Source: a virus (lineage: Duplodnaviria > Caudoviricetes). Taken from it: DNA of 64,000 nt. The stretch lies in the IMG/VR virus record IMGVR_UViG_3300042451_000960, one strand, 5' to 3'. Below, piece after piece: positions 8,667-20,000 of this stretch (positions are counted from its first letter, which is position 1; each line of letters begins with the position of its first letter). A model generated the notes under the pieces. That model was not told the origin of the DNA and made no database searches. It was given only the letters and a program-made list of their open reading frames with translations. The translations under genes were made by a program, and so were the position numbers.

Positions 8667-11600
8667 TTATAAAGAACCACTTATAAATGCTTCTAAACTA
8701 GAAACTTTTTGTGAAAGTTCTTGTATTGCTTTTACCATAGGTGATATAAATTCATTGTATGTAACAGACCATCCAGCATTTTGTTGTTCTTCATCATACC
8801 ATTGTTGATTGTAAAGAGTACCATCAGAACCTGTTATAGAACCACTTGCTATAATTTCTTCAATAGGTCTTTTATATTCTCTTTCTAATGATTTGATAAA
8901 AGAAGAACCCGTATTCAATCCTTTAAAATCATCAGATGTTTTTCCAAGCGATTCTAAAGCAGTTAATACCTCTTGTGCAATAAATCCATATCTCGGTCTT
9001 TTTTTAGTACTTGATATGAAATTATATTTTACCGGTCTTAATTGTTTAATAAAATCCAAACCTAAATCGGAAGTGTAAATATTTTCTTTTAATTTTAAAT
9101 CAGATAAATTATTAAAATTATCGGCATATATTTCATCCCAAAAAACTCCAGTACCCGAGTTACTACCCATATCTTGAGTTCCATTATGTGGTCCACCAGC
9201 AGTTCCCCAGCGTGTATCGGCGGGGTGTACATCATCTATAAAATGCGCTTGATATATACTTCCGTATTTTGGTCTATACGCTAAATCCAATCTTCCATAG
9301 CCCGGACTTGCATCATTTCCAGAAATGAATATATTTCCTGCTAAATAAAGGCTTCCACGTGAATCTATTGCATAGTTCGAAAATGCACCACCAGCGGCAC
9401 CAAATGCCCAAAATTTAGATTGAGCTCCTTTTGCTTCAAAAATTATATCACTCGAACCAACTGATGTAGAAAGACGTGGAATTTGAACAAACGTTGATGT
9501 ATCATTTGCTATCTGAATACCTCCAGTTGTAACTTCTACTATGTTTGTTGGTATTATAATAGTAAAACTATTAGAATTATAACCAATTCCATTATCAGTT
9601 ACAGCAGTATTAATACCAGAAGTATGTCCATAAAATACTTCAGGTAACTCTGTACCAAAACTATCTACAGATACTGAACTTCCAGCTCTTGCGGATATTT
9701 GAATTGAATATCTAAATTTGTAATTTCCAGCAGAAGGGAAAGTAATAAATCTATCAGTAATTGCTGTAAATCCGCCGGTTGTGTATCCGGTATGAACGCC
9801 CGGTGTTGTATAATTACTATAAATCCAACTTGAACCATTCCACTCCCAATTATCAACACTGGTTGCGCTATAAGATGATACATTTTGTATCCAAACTCTA
9901 GCTATTTGACCCGTAGATTGGTTGACACCTTCTAAATACACATCAGCGCCAACAAACTTAGGACTTGCATATCCATTTTGACTTTCCCCAGGATACGTTC
10001 CAGGATTATTTGGATTATTTGCGTTTGCATAAATGGTTTGTGATGATAAATTATCAATTTGTAAAACACTAAATGTATAAAGATTAGTTAGTGCATAAGT
10101 ACCTGCAGCAGGTATTGAATAATTTGTTGCAGTTTCAAAATTAGAAACATCTGCATATGAATACGGCCCATATTGCGTAGCAAATGTTCCAAATGCCGAT
10201 ACATCAGCTGGTGTTGTCCAATCCGGATATGGTGAACCATTTCCATTTGGTATATCACTTACACTTACGTTTGAACCACCAACATTTGTCAAATAGTTTA
10301 CAGGAGATATGTTTAATTTTTTTTCACCCGCTAAATAAAATCCAAGTTCAGGTACAGTAGGGTTTAAAATAAGTTTTGAACCGGAATCTCGTAAGTTTCC
10401 ACCCAATGCTTGTGATTCAATAATCCAATTTCCAATTCTACCATCGGTAGCTGAAATAGAACCTGTAATAGAGAAATTATTTTCTTCAAATTTAATTTGG
10501 CTACCAATTGGATTACCAAATCTTACTCTACCACTACTATCCATATAAAATCCAGAACCACTATTAAACGTTGCTGCTGTAGCAGAACGTATAATTCCAC
10601 TACCCGTTCCACTTGTCTCAACACCCATAACTAAAGCTCTCGTAATAGTTGCGTCTTGAGCAAGTAAAATATCAGTTGCTACTGAACTAAATTGTGCACC
10701 AAAAGATTCCCAATATGTTGTATTAGTTGGAAGATTACCCGTTGTATTTTGTTTTGTTAAATAATATGCGTTATTATATTTTACAATATCTCTACGAACA
10801 CCTGCTGAAAAAATGTATGCAGTTGCTGCATTATATTCACCCCTATAAACCACACCAGGTCCAGTATCACCAGCTGCTCCCGCTGCTCCTTGTTTGGATT
10901 TTGAAAAAGATTGAACTCTACTTAAAGAAAACAAATCTCCATTTATTTTCTTACCGGATAATGTATAATTAATACTTGCCAAATCAGCTGTCATATTGGA
11001 ATGATTACCAACTACTGCATAGTTACCACCATCGGTTACAGATCCGGCTGTAATATTGGTAACAGATGAGGATACTGCCCATTTACCCGGTGAAGTACCA
11101 ACCCCATCATAATCCAATTGAGTTGCACCTTCATAAATGTATATATCAGTACCACTTCCAGCATAAGATGAAACAGTTCCATCATTTGCTGCTGGTAAAG
11201 TATGAGATTCATTTGTTACTATTACGGTTAATGCATCACTTCCTTCTTTAACCCTTGCTATTGAAACAGTATCAGTTATTGAATCCGCTGTTGCACTAAT
11301 TTCAACCAAAGTATTTGTACCAAAAGAACCCGTTCTTAAATAAACAATATTTCCGCTTGTTGTTGTACTTCCACCCGTTGCAGAATCAAATAATGTTACG
11401 GATGGTGTTGTAGTCCAATTCGTTGTTGCGGAAATATTTTGTTTGTTTGAAGTTAATTCAATATAATTTGGAGAAAGCGAACCACTCTTTGTTTCAACAA
11501 ATACTTGAGCAGATGCTTCTAATCTAAGTAACTTAGCTGCTATTGGTGCAATAGTCCAAGGACCGGAACCAGGATAACCTGTTCCTACATTTGTATTATT

Positions 11601-14600
11601 TGTAGATGTGTGGTTAGAGTTTGCTGTCCATGTATTTCCACCATATGTAACAATATCGTTTGTGTAGTAAACAGTTGCATCAGCCCAAGCTCCCATTAAA
11701 CGTCCTTCGTTTACGCCAGGGGATGATTGTTTTATTGAACCAACAATAGTCAAAGTACCACCATCCCAAAATAATCCCTTACCACTACCACCATATTCTT
11801 TAATTGAAAATCTTCCTGTTGTACCATTGACACCATCTTCGTACATTCCTAAAAATATACCAGGTCTATTAAATCCAATAATACCAGTTCCAGATGTACC
11901 AGATGCGCCGGAAGTTGATGGGTTATATGTTGTACCAGATGTGCCCGCAGTACCTACAGTACCATGCTGACCAATTGAAATATATGGGTCAGGTCTACCA
12001 CCTGCTATTACTATATTAGCAAATTTAGAAGTATTGTTATAAGTACCTACGTTAATTGAATTCTTAACATAAGATTCTTCAAATATAGCAATTTTAGCTG
12101 CTACAAAGAAATCTTGCTCACCCAAATACTGCCAATAATCGTTACTATTACCAACAGCAGGTGGGTATTGATGTCCAATTAATACATATCCACCCGGTGG
12201 TGTTGCTCCAACATAATAATCAGATGTTGTTGGGTTTACATAAGTTGTAGGCCCACTTCCACTTAGTGCTGCAAAATAGTGAGTTGTATTATTACTACCA
12301 GATGGGTCAGGCCAAATAATTGCATCTCTACGATAATTTACTGTTTCATACGAACCAATATAATCTTCATATTCACTATATTGACCTCTCATTACAATAC
12401 CAGGTCCAGTTTCACCTTCAAATTGAACAGAGAATGATTGGGTTTTAAATGCTACTCCCTTTCCATTTTCAAAATCAATTCTATAAACAACAGACCCAAT
12501 TGGATTTGAATCAGCGGTTGTCCAAGATACCAAATCACCAATTACAGCTCTACCAGCAACAATTGGTAAAACACTTTGAGATACCAACCCACCAGCTAAT
12601 CCTAAATAAGCTGATTTTGAATGTATAGTTACTTGATATTCTCCCAACGAACCAATTTCATTTGAAAATATATCTAAAGTTTGTGGACCAAATGGGTTAG
12701 CATGAGTTAATTGTGTTATTCCTTTTGTTGCATTTATAGTTGTTCCAGTTCCACCCAATTCAACTTCACCAGAAACTCTATAAATAATAGAAACGTTATC
12801 ATTAGTTAAAGTTGCGTTATATGATGGAACACCTTGTTGTAAACCTGTAAGTGTTAATGATGCTTGTGCTGTAATTGGTTGTGTTGAACTTATGTTACCA
12901 TCTCTAACTTGTACTACCCATAGTGCGGTTTCGCCTGGTGCAACAGAGTCACCAGAAGCTATTGTTGCTATGTTTGATGCTTGTATTGGTGTATATGCTA
13001 CATTATCTTTTAAAAATTGATAATAAGCTGAACCGGTAAAGTTGGTAACTGTTGCCGTTAATTCTATATCTCCCGCTGGTGATACTACAACACCATCACT
13101 ATCAAAACTTACAAAATTTGAAGTTGCTGATAATGTTACTCCTCTTGAATCCGCGCCATCTAATAGTTTAGTAAAGTTTTGAACTTTATTTATTACCGAT
13201 GAAGTATATTGATGACCAGGTCCTAGTGAATATGGATATGCAATTATATTATATGTTACACTACCTGTTCTTGGTCCTTGATTAAAATTGTGAAATCTTA
13301 TTAATGCCCTATCACCATTAAATGATGCTGTTAATGATGCCGTAAATACATTAGTTTGTTCAAAATTATCAACATAGAATGTACCAGGTTGATAAGACCA
13401 AGAATTATAAAGTAAATATTTATTTCCTTCTTTAATTCGTAATGTAGTATTAGATGATGCATAATTTGATACAACTCCGTTTTCATCAGCATTTAAAACA
13501 ACGGATTCGGGTGTTAATGATACTTCTAATTGTGGTGTACCATCTAATATTTTTGTAAATTGTTGAACTACACTTCCCGTATAAATTGATGATGTATAAA
13601 ATGGTTGTATTTCAAGATTATATGTAACACTACCACTTAAATTGTTCATACCACTAGCTGCGCCTATAAACAAAGAACCTGTGTAATTTGCATTAAAGCC
13701 CGGTGGTATTGGGTTTATAATTTTACCAGGTATAATATTAGAACCAGTTATACTGCCTGAAACAATAAAGAAAGTTCCTTCACCTTTACTTGCTGTAAAA
13801 TTAAGATACCTAGAGCCTTGTTTTAATCTTATTTGTGTTACTGATGATGAATAACTATTTACAAAACCTTCTGCTGTTGCATTAAGAGATACCAATGCAG
13901 GAGTTACTTCAAAAATAATTGTTTCATCTCCCGGCTTACCTTCTGGTATAATAGTGAATGTTTTATCTAAACTTATAGATGCAGAAGTCCAAGGTTCAGT
14001 ATATGTAAATGTAATTGTTAAATTTTTACTTTGCTTATTAGATTGCCCTATATATGAATTTAGTGGTAATGAATCAATTACATTTTTATTTTCATCTCTT
14101 GCTATTACGGAAATAGTTTTATCTGCACTTTGTGTTGTATAATAAAACCAATATTCAGGAACATAATCTTTATTAATTGACATCGAAGGGAATACCCTAA
14201 ACGATGCTGTTATTGCGTTGGTTGTTCCTCTTTCAAAAAATGAAGCCGTAGCAAATGCAAATGATGGTCTAAAATTTATTTCATTTCTTGGATTTATAGC
14301 AAATGTATCAGCATTAAATACTATACTTGGTGTATCCAAACCATCTTGCAAATCTTCTAAAATAATAGATGCTAAAACCGAACCAGATACTGCATATGCC
14401 GGTGAAGCTGCTGCAGATGATGATGGCATTAAATAAATAATTCTCCTAAAATCTATTGAATCTCTATCAAATACTGCATTATAGTTAATTTCTTTAGAAC
14501 CCAACGAACCAGTTATTATTCCTCTGATATATTTGCTTGATGATGCCAATGATAAAGGAATAAATTTTTCAGGTTCAGTTGCTGGATTAAGAGATGCTGA

Positions 14601-16781
14601 TAAAACGTGTAGTTGTATATTTCCCCAACCATCTTGAGCACCACTATAAAGATTAATTTCATTAATACCATCAATTCTTACCGCTTGAATTTCTAAAGAT
14701 GCAGTACTACTATTTCTAATTTGAGTTCCTCTATAAGGTCTAATGAAATGATTAACTCCACCCTTACCATCTAAAACTCTTGTAATAATAATTGAATCAG
14801 TTACACCTTCACATTCACCAGTAAATTCTATATATTGAACTAATTTATCTGCTCTGGAACCTGTAAAGTTTTCTACGGTTAATCTTACTGTATCCAAATT
14901 CCTATCCAATAATAAACCTGGATATTGTGAACCAACTCCAACATAATCGGTATTGAACAATTCGTTATTTGCAAAATCAAAAGAACGTGATGTAAAATTT
15001 ACCGAACCCGTTAGATAGTTTTTAATTACATCAATATAAACTGTTGTTGGTGGTAACGGGTTGCCATTACCAGAACCAGAATCAAATTGAAAATAAAGCG
15101 ATGATGGTACTAATTGTAAATCTTTATTAATTACATTTAAATTACCGCCATCAAATGTTTTTGTTTCTTCTACCAAAACAGGGATATAATTGTTATTTAT
15201 ATCGTAAAATTGAAACCTAAAATCAAATGTTTCTCTAGGTAAAGTCCTTGGTATTGGTTGTATGAATGTTATTTCATCAGGACTAAAAGATGTTTCTTGA
15301 GATGCTCTTAAACTAACATCGGATATATACCAATCACTACCCTCAGTTTCAAAATATAATCTAGTATTATTAATATCTTCTGCTTTAAAGTTAGCTACTA
15401 CATTTGATTTTTGTAACACACTACTATCAGAAGTTATCGTTACGATTGGCTGCTCAATTTGAATTGTACTAGTTACGTTATTGTATGTACTTAGTCTAGA
15501 ACCGCTCAAATATGCTTTTATATAATGGTTAGCACTTCCTACCGCATCTTTTCTAGTATTAAAAGTAAGAGTATATTCAGTATTTTCTCTTACATCTAAA
15601 GATTTTGTTGTTGCAAACCTTTCTCCAGAAATTAAACTGTTTAACTTAACAGAGTTATATAAGAAATTTTGATTAAATGATGTTACTAAATTATTTGAAG
15701 AAGTTATCCAATAATTTTTATAATTAAATTGGTCAAAACTACCGTAATATTCTTCATTTTTTGAATTTGATTCTAAATCTTTAAGTAATTCATTTGATTC
15801 TAATTGTATTTCTTGTACAAATTGATAATCCGATAAATCTGATTGTGACCTTCTATATATTTTTACTCTTGCACAATCTCCTACAAATGTTGTTAAATCG
15901 GTTATATTAATTTTAGCGAATGAACCAGTTAATGCTGTTTTTAAATTATCATTACCTTCAATGTAATTAAATGTTACAGAATAAGGTTCTGCTATTAATG
16001 TTTTTACAATACCATTTTCATTATATGGAGTTGATACTGTTAAATCTCTATCACTAACAACATCATCCGCTAATAAACTTACACCCTTATTTGTGAGTGT
16101 GATATAATTGTTTGTAACAGAACCTGTCCAAAATGAATCATTTAGGGTTGTTAAAAGATATGATGTTGGTAATGTATAACCAGACACACTTTCACCTTCC
16201 GCTGGGATTTGTGGAATACCATTTATAAAACCCGTTTGGGTGACCTGCCTAACGATGTTTGAAAATATTGGTTTAACTATTTCATTTATTGTTACTTCCG
16301 GTCTTCTATAAAATCTTACCTTATCTTCATTAGAAATTAATTTATTAACTTTAAAAGTTTTTTCCCATTTTACATTATATACACTTTTCCACTCATCAGG
16401 AACATCCCTTACTACACCACCCTCATCTAAATAAGTTTTTAACTCCCCTAAAACAGTTATTTTTGCTTCACCAATAGGAGTATCTTCGTAAACATAAACG
16501 GCTACAAGTTTTGATACACCTTCATAATATTCGGGCACACCATTGCCAGGCTCATAATAAATCGGGTCACCATTTACATCTAATATTTGAATCTTTATTT
16601 CAGTTGATTCTTTAAGGTGTTGAGACCCTTCTATTAGGAATCCATTTTTACCACCAGTAAACGTATCCTTAAACTCAGTTATTCTAAAATAAGTTGAATT
16701 TGGATTCGTATCAACTAAAAAAGTTTGAAAAGATGTTAATGGTTGAGTTAAAACTTCTGCGTATTTTTTTATTCTCGCCAT
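8667..16781 (-). CDS. Large tail fibre / receptor-binding protein with C-terminal peptidase S74 intramolecular chaperone
   Basis: 2704 aa; repeated ~100-aa beta modules and CBM5/12-like segments; C-terminal SDLKLKENI...LDFIKQLRPVKYNF...GFIAQEV...VKAIQEL. Confidence 0.85.
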   Translation of the reverse strand: MARIKKYAEVLTQPLTSFQTFLVDTNPNSTYFRITEFKDTFTGGKNGFLIEGSQHLKESTEIKIQILDVNGDPIYYEPGNGVPEYYEGVSKLVAVYVYEDTPIGEAKITVLGELKTYLDEGGVVRDVPDEWKSVYNVKWEKTFKVNKLISNEDKVRFYRRPEVTINEIVKPIFSNIVRQVTQTGFINGIPQIPAEGESVSGYTLPTSYLLTTLNDSFWTGSVTNNYITLTNKGVSLLADDVVSDRDLTVSTPYNENGIVKTLIAEPYSVTFNYIEGNDNLKTALTGSFAKINITDLTTFVGDCARVKIYRRSQSDLSDYQFVQEIQLESNELLKDLESNSKNEEYYGSFDQFNYKNYWITSSNNLVTSFNQNFLYNSVKLNSLISGERFATTKSLDVRENTEYTLTFNTRKDAVGSANHYIKAYLSGSRLSTYNNVTSTIQIEQPIVTITSDSSVLQKSNVVANFKAEDINNTRLYFETEGSDWYISDVSLRASQETSFSPDEITFIQPIPRTLPRETFDFRFQFYDINNNYIPVLVEETKTFDGGNLNVINKDLQLVPSSLYFQFDSGSGNGNPLPPTTVYIDVIKNYLTGSVNFTSRSFDFANNELFNTDYVGVGSQYPGLLLDRNLDTVRLTVENFTGSRADKLVQYIEFTGECEGVTDSIIITRVLDGKGGVNHFIRPYRGTQIRNSSTASLEIQAVRIDGINEINLYSGAQDGWGNIQLHVLSASLNPATEPEKFIPLSLASSSKYIRGIITGSLGSKEINYNAVFDRDSIDFRRIIYLMPSSSAAASPAYAVSGSVLASIILEDLQDGLDTPSIVFNADTFAINPRNEINFRPSFAFATASFFERGTTNAITASFRVFPSMSINKDYVPEYWFYYTTQSADKTISVIARDENKNVIDSLPLNSYIGQSNKQSKNLTITFTYTEPWTSASISLDKTFTIIPEGKPGDETIIFEVTPALVSLNATAEGFVNSYSSSVTQIRLKQGSRYLNFTASKGEGTFFIVSGSITGSNIIPGKIINPIPPGFNANYTGSLFIGAASGMNNLSGSVTYNLEIQPFYTSSIYTGSVVQQFTKILDGTPQLEVSLTPESVVLNADENGVVSNYASSNTTLRIKEGNKYLLYNSWSYQPGTFYVDNFEQTNVFTASLTASFNGDRALIRFHNFNQGPRTGSVTYNIIAYPYSLGPGHQYTSSVINKVQNFTKLLDGADSRGVTLSATSNFVSFDSDGVVVSPAGDIELTATVTNFTGSAYYQFLKDNVAYTPIQASNIATIASGDSVAPGETALWVVQVRDGNISSTQPITAQASLTLTGLQQGVPSYNATLTNDNVSIIYRVSGEVELGGTGTTINATKGITQLTHANPFGPQTLDIFSNEIGSLGEYQVTIHSKSAYLGLAGGLVSQSVLPIVAGRAVIGDLVSWTTADSNPIGSVVYRIDFENGKGVAFKTQSFSVQFEGETGPGIVMRGQYSEYEDYIGSYETVNYRRDAIIWPDPSGSNNTTHYFAALSGSGPTTYVNPTTSDYYVGATPPGGYVLIGHQYPPAVGNSNDYWQYLGEQDFFVAAKIAIFEESYVKNSINVGTYNNTSKFANIVIAGGRPDPYISIGQHGTVGTAGTSGTTYNPSTSGASGTSGTGIIGFNRPGIFLGMYEDGVNGTTGRFSIKEYGGSGKGLFWDGGTLTIVGSIKQSSPGVNEGRLMGAWADATVYYTNDIVTYGGNTWTANSNHTSTNNTNVGTGYPGSGPWTIAPIAAKLLRLEASAQVFVETKSGSLSPNYIELTSNKQNISATTNWTTTPSVTLFDSATGGSTTTSGNIVYLRTGSFGTNTLVEISATADSITDTVSIARVKEGSDALTVIVTNESHTLPAANDGTVSSYAGSGTDIYIYEGATQLDYDGVGTSPGKWAVSSSVTNITAGSVTDGGNYAVVGNHSNMTADLASINYTLSGKKINGDLFSLSRVQSFSKSKQGAAGAAGDTGPGVVYRGEYNAATAYIFSAGVRRDIVKYNNAYYLTKQNTTGNLPTNTTYWESFGAQFSSVATDILLAQDATITRALVMGVETSGTGSGIIRSATAATFNSGSGFYMDSSGRVRFGNPIGSQIKFEENNFSITGSISATDGRIGNWIIESQALGGNLRDSGSKLILNPTVPELGFYLAGEKKLNISPVNYLTNVGGSNVSVSDIPNGNGSPYPDWTTPADVSAFGTFATQYGPYSYADVSNFETATNYSIPAAGTYALTNLYTFSVLQIDNLSSQTIYANANNPNNPGTYPGESQNGYASPKFVGADVYLEGVNQSTGQIARVWIQNVSSYSATSVDNWEWNGSSWIYSNYTTPGVHTGYTTGGFTAITDRFITFPSAGNYKFRYSIQISARAGSSVSVDSFGTELPEVFYGHTSGINTAVTDNGIGYNSNSFTIIIPTNIVEVTTGGIQIANDTSTFVQIPRLSTSVGSSDIIFEAKGAQSKFWAFGAAGGAFSNYAIDSRGSLYLAGNIFISGNDASPGYGRLDLAYRPKYGSIYQAHFIDDVHPADTRWGTAGGPHNGTQDMGSNSGTGVFWDEIYADNFNNLSDLKLKENIYTSDLGLDFIKQLRPVKYNFISSTKKRPRYGFIAQEVLTALESLGKTSDDFKGLNTGSSFIKSLEREYKRPIEEIIASGSITGSDGTLYNQQWYDEEQQNAGWSVTYNEFISPMVKAIQELSQKVSSLEAFISGSL

Positions 16782-16802
16782 TTAGAGTTTGTTAATTACA
16801 AA

Positions 16803-16811
16803 AATAAATAT
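16803..16811 (-). promoter_or_regulatory. Phage-specific promoter motif ATATTTATT for the tail fibre
   Basis: Intergenic, 21 nt upstream of the ATG at 16781. Confidence 0.6.
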
Positions 16812-16830
16812 TCGATTATTTTTTATTCCT

Positions 16831-16839
16831 ATAATTATA
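16831..16839 (+). promoter_or_regulatory. Phage-specific promoter motif variant ATAATTATA for the plus-strand RHH gene
   Basis: 33 nt upstream of the ATG at 16873 and oriented with that gene. Confidence 0.45.
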
Positions 16840-16872
16840 TATATAGAATTCTAAAGAAAACTAAAGAAGTTT

Positions 16873-17049
16873 ATGAAAAAATACGCAATGATTCAAATTG
16901 ATGCCGAAATTCATCAAGTACTGAAGGATTTTTGTAAAGAGAAAGGTTACAAAATTAATGGATTGGTGGAATCTCTTATAAAAGAAAAGGTGGAATCTGT
17001 TAAAAAGACCCCACCTAAAAATATATTACCTGTTAATTCTAAAAGTTAA
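16873..17049 (+). CDS. Small ribbon-helix-helix-like DNA-binding protein (58 aa), the only credible plus-strand gene
   Basis: Below the ORF-track cutoff. Hand translation MKKYAMIQIDAEIHQVLKDFCKEKGYKINGLVESLIKEKVESVKKTPPKNILPVNSKS shows the beta-strand/helix/G/helix RHH pattern. Confidence 0.75.
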   Translation: MKKYAMIQIDAEIHQVLKDFCKEKGYKINGLVESLIKEKVESVKKTPPKNILPVNSKS

Positions 17050-20000
17050 TCTTAGAGAACCCATTATCTTTCTTAATTTCAATTAGTCCATCAACAATAT
17101 CTCTCATTTGTTCTAAGTGAGAAATCATCCAAATAAAATCGAATTGGGTTTTCAGATATTGCATCATCATAAAGAGTGAAGATAGGTTATCCGCATCCAA
17201 AGTTCCAAACCCTTCATCAATAACTAAGAAGTTAGGTCTAGGAAGGCCGCATATGTTAATTAGAGCCACTCTAATCGCTAATCCCGATATGAACTTCTCC
17301 ATACCACTACACATCTCCAGAGCCCACTCCTGGTCTTCGTAAACGATTTTAGCGTTAATGTTCTTACCATCAGTATCCATTGAAAGTGAGAAATCAACAA
17401 CCTGTGCTAATATGTTATTCACTTCGGATTCAATTACAGGCATTGCTTTGGAAATAAGTTCATATGGTACACCATCTTTCTTAACAGCATCTAAATAGTA
17501 AGTGTAAAGAGTATTCTTATTTTCCAATTGTTTTACTTCATCCATCTTAGCTTTAGTGGAGTCTATAAATGATTGTATAGAACCAATTGCGCCAGTTTTT
17601 TGAAGAATCTGTCTATTAATATCTGAAAGTTCCTTATCTATGTTTTTCTTACGAATTTCCAATCCTTTAATTTCTTCATTCAATTCATTGTTCTTACGAA
17701 TTGTTGCTTCGTTTGCATGGTATCGTTCTATATCAGTTTTAACTCCATCTAATTGATTTTCTAAAAGTTGATGAGCGGTTTTCAATCCACTCAATTCGGC
17801 TTCTCCTTTTTGTTTAAGGATTTCGCCCTTTTGATATTTGTTTCGTAGTTCAACTAATTTTTCCCAAACATATTCTACTTCAGAAAATGGTTCAGTTGCT
17901 TTGATTAAAGCATGATGTGCTATATTCAAAGTTTCCAATTGTCTTTCTTGTGTTTTAACAATTTCTTTTGTTGCGATAGCATCTTTAACGAATACATTAT
18001 TCATGCAAAACTTACAATTTGGGTCATACTCATGTTGTTCCAAATGTTTAAGTTTTTCCAAATTAGATTCGTATTGTCCTTCCAACTTATCTATTTGTTG
18101 TTGAACATCTGCTAATTTACCTTTTGCCAAATCCCATTCTTTCTTAGCTTCATTAATAGGTAAACCATTTACTGTATCGTATTGTGATATTGATTGCGAT
18201 GCTTCGGTAAGAACTTCAAAATAACTTTCAATATTATTCTTTTTAGTTTCTATAAGTGATTCATTATTCTCAATATCACTATCAATCTTCTTTTTAGATT
18301 TTTCCAATTGTATAAGGTCTAACTTAGAATCAATTGGTGTTAGGGATTCCTTTAAATCAGAAATTGCGTTTTGGTTTTCTTCTTTAAGTTTTTCTAATTG
18401 TTTATATTCAGATTGTAAACTGTCTAATTCTTTTTGAGTTTCGGTTAAGTCGGTTTCCTTTTGGGCTAATTCAGTCGTAAAATCTGTCCTTTTGAAATTT
18501 CTGATTAGTGCCGCCACTTCCTTAATGTCTTCACTAGCAGTTGCGTACAGCTTATCAAATATATCCAAGCCCATAAACTGCGCAAGAAGGTCTTTCCTTT
18601 CCGATTGTGATTTATCAATGAATAGTGCATTGTTACCTTGTAGTGATAGAGCAGTCATTACGAAATCCTCATATCTTCCAACGTATTGTTCTATAACGGA
18701 GTTAGTATCCCTTCTCTCTGTCCCATTAAGGGATTCCTTTTCCCCACCATTGGTTCTCCAGAATTGAACATCTACTTTAACATTTCTTCCTTTATTAATT
18801 GTTCGGGCTTCTCTCCTTATGTGATAATCTATACCTTCAACCTGAAAATGTAGTTGGCAATGGAAGTCTGATTTCCTATTGTTCATAATATTAGCTGCCT
18901 TAAATGCTCTGCTACATTTGTCAAACAAGCAAAATGAGATTGCATCAAATAGAGATGATTTTCCGCTTGCATTGGGTGCGAATAATCCCATCAGTCCATT
19001 TACTTTATCAAAATTGATTACATTATCCTCACCATAACTGAACATATTAGAGAATTCAAATCTTACCGGCTTCCATTGTACGTTTCTAGTAAGTTCATCC
19101 ATCTCTATTCTATTATTGATGTCCTTATTTAGCGATTGTATTCCTGCTATATCATCCGCAGTTGCGAATGGCATCATTCTTTGTATATAATCCGTAATTA
19201 AGGAGTTTTGATAAGTCACATCCGTAATATCTTCCAACTCCAATTGATTATCCCTATCACCAGTCTTTTTCTTTGCCAACGAATCAGTCCTAATTGTTGT
19301 AAAATCTTCTACACCATACTTCACCTTAATTTCGGTGATTGCTTTTTTAGTATCTACCGCATCAGTATCAGAAAATCTTACCCTAAGCCTAGGATGAGTA
19401 GGTAAATCAGTAACGTCAGGAACAACTCCTGCGATAATATCCATGGTGTAATAACCATAATCGTTTTGTATATCAACTTCTTCATATGTTAATGTATCTA
19501 AATCCCAAACTAAGAAACCATGCTTGTCCAAAGTTTCTCCAAAGTTTTGCTGCACCAACGAACCTGCGTAAACACACCTACAACCTCTTGGCGATTTGAG
19601 TTCTTGTCTTTTGTGGATGTCACCTAAAAGGGCTAAATCGTAACCATCAAACATATCAGTTGTGAAATGTCGAGATGATACTACATAACCTATATCAGTT
19701 TCAGAATGGTCCACAGGTCCGTGGAATAGTGCAATTTTTGTTTCAGCCGTTAAACTGTATGATTGTGGCCAATTATCTTTATTATCAAAAATACTAAACA
19801 CTGCGAATTCACATTGTCTATATTTCCAAATTTGTGTATCTTTTAAATACCAAAAGTTTTCTAAATTCAAAGCCTCTACGATTGGAGTTAATACATCCAA
19901 ACGGTCAGAGTTATTCATATTACAATCGTGATTACCAGCAATAAGAATTGTTGGACAATGTTTTGTACATTCGGTAAATAGCCAACTAATCTCTTTCACC

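Noticed and set aside
8667-16781. Diversity-generating retroelement or invertase-based fibre switching
   Set aside because: No reverse transcriptase, recombinase or template/variable repeat pair was seen in this window.
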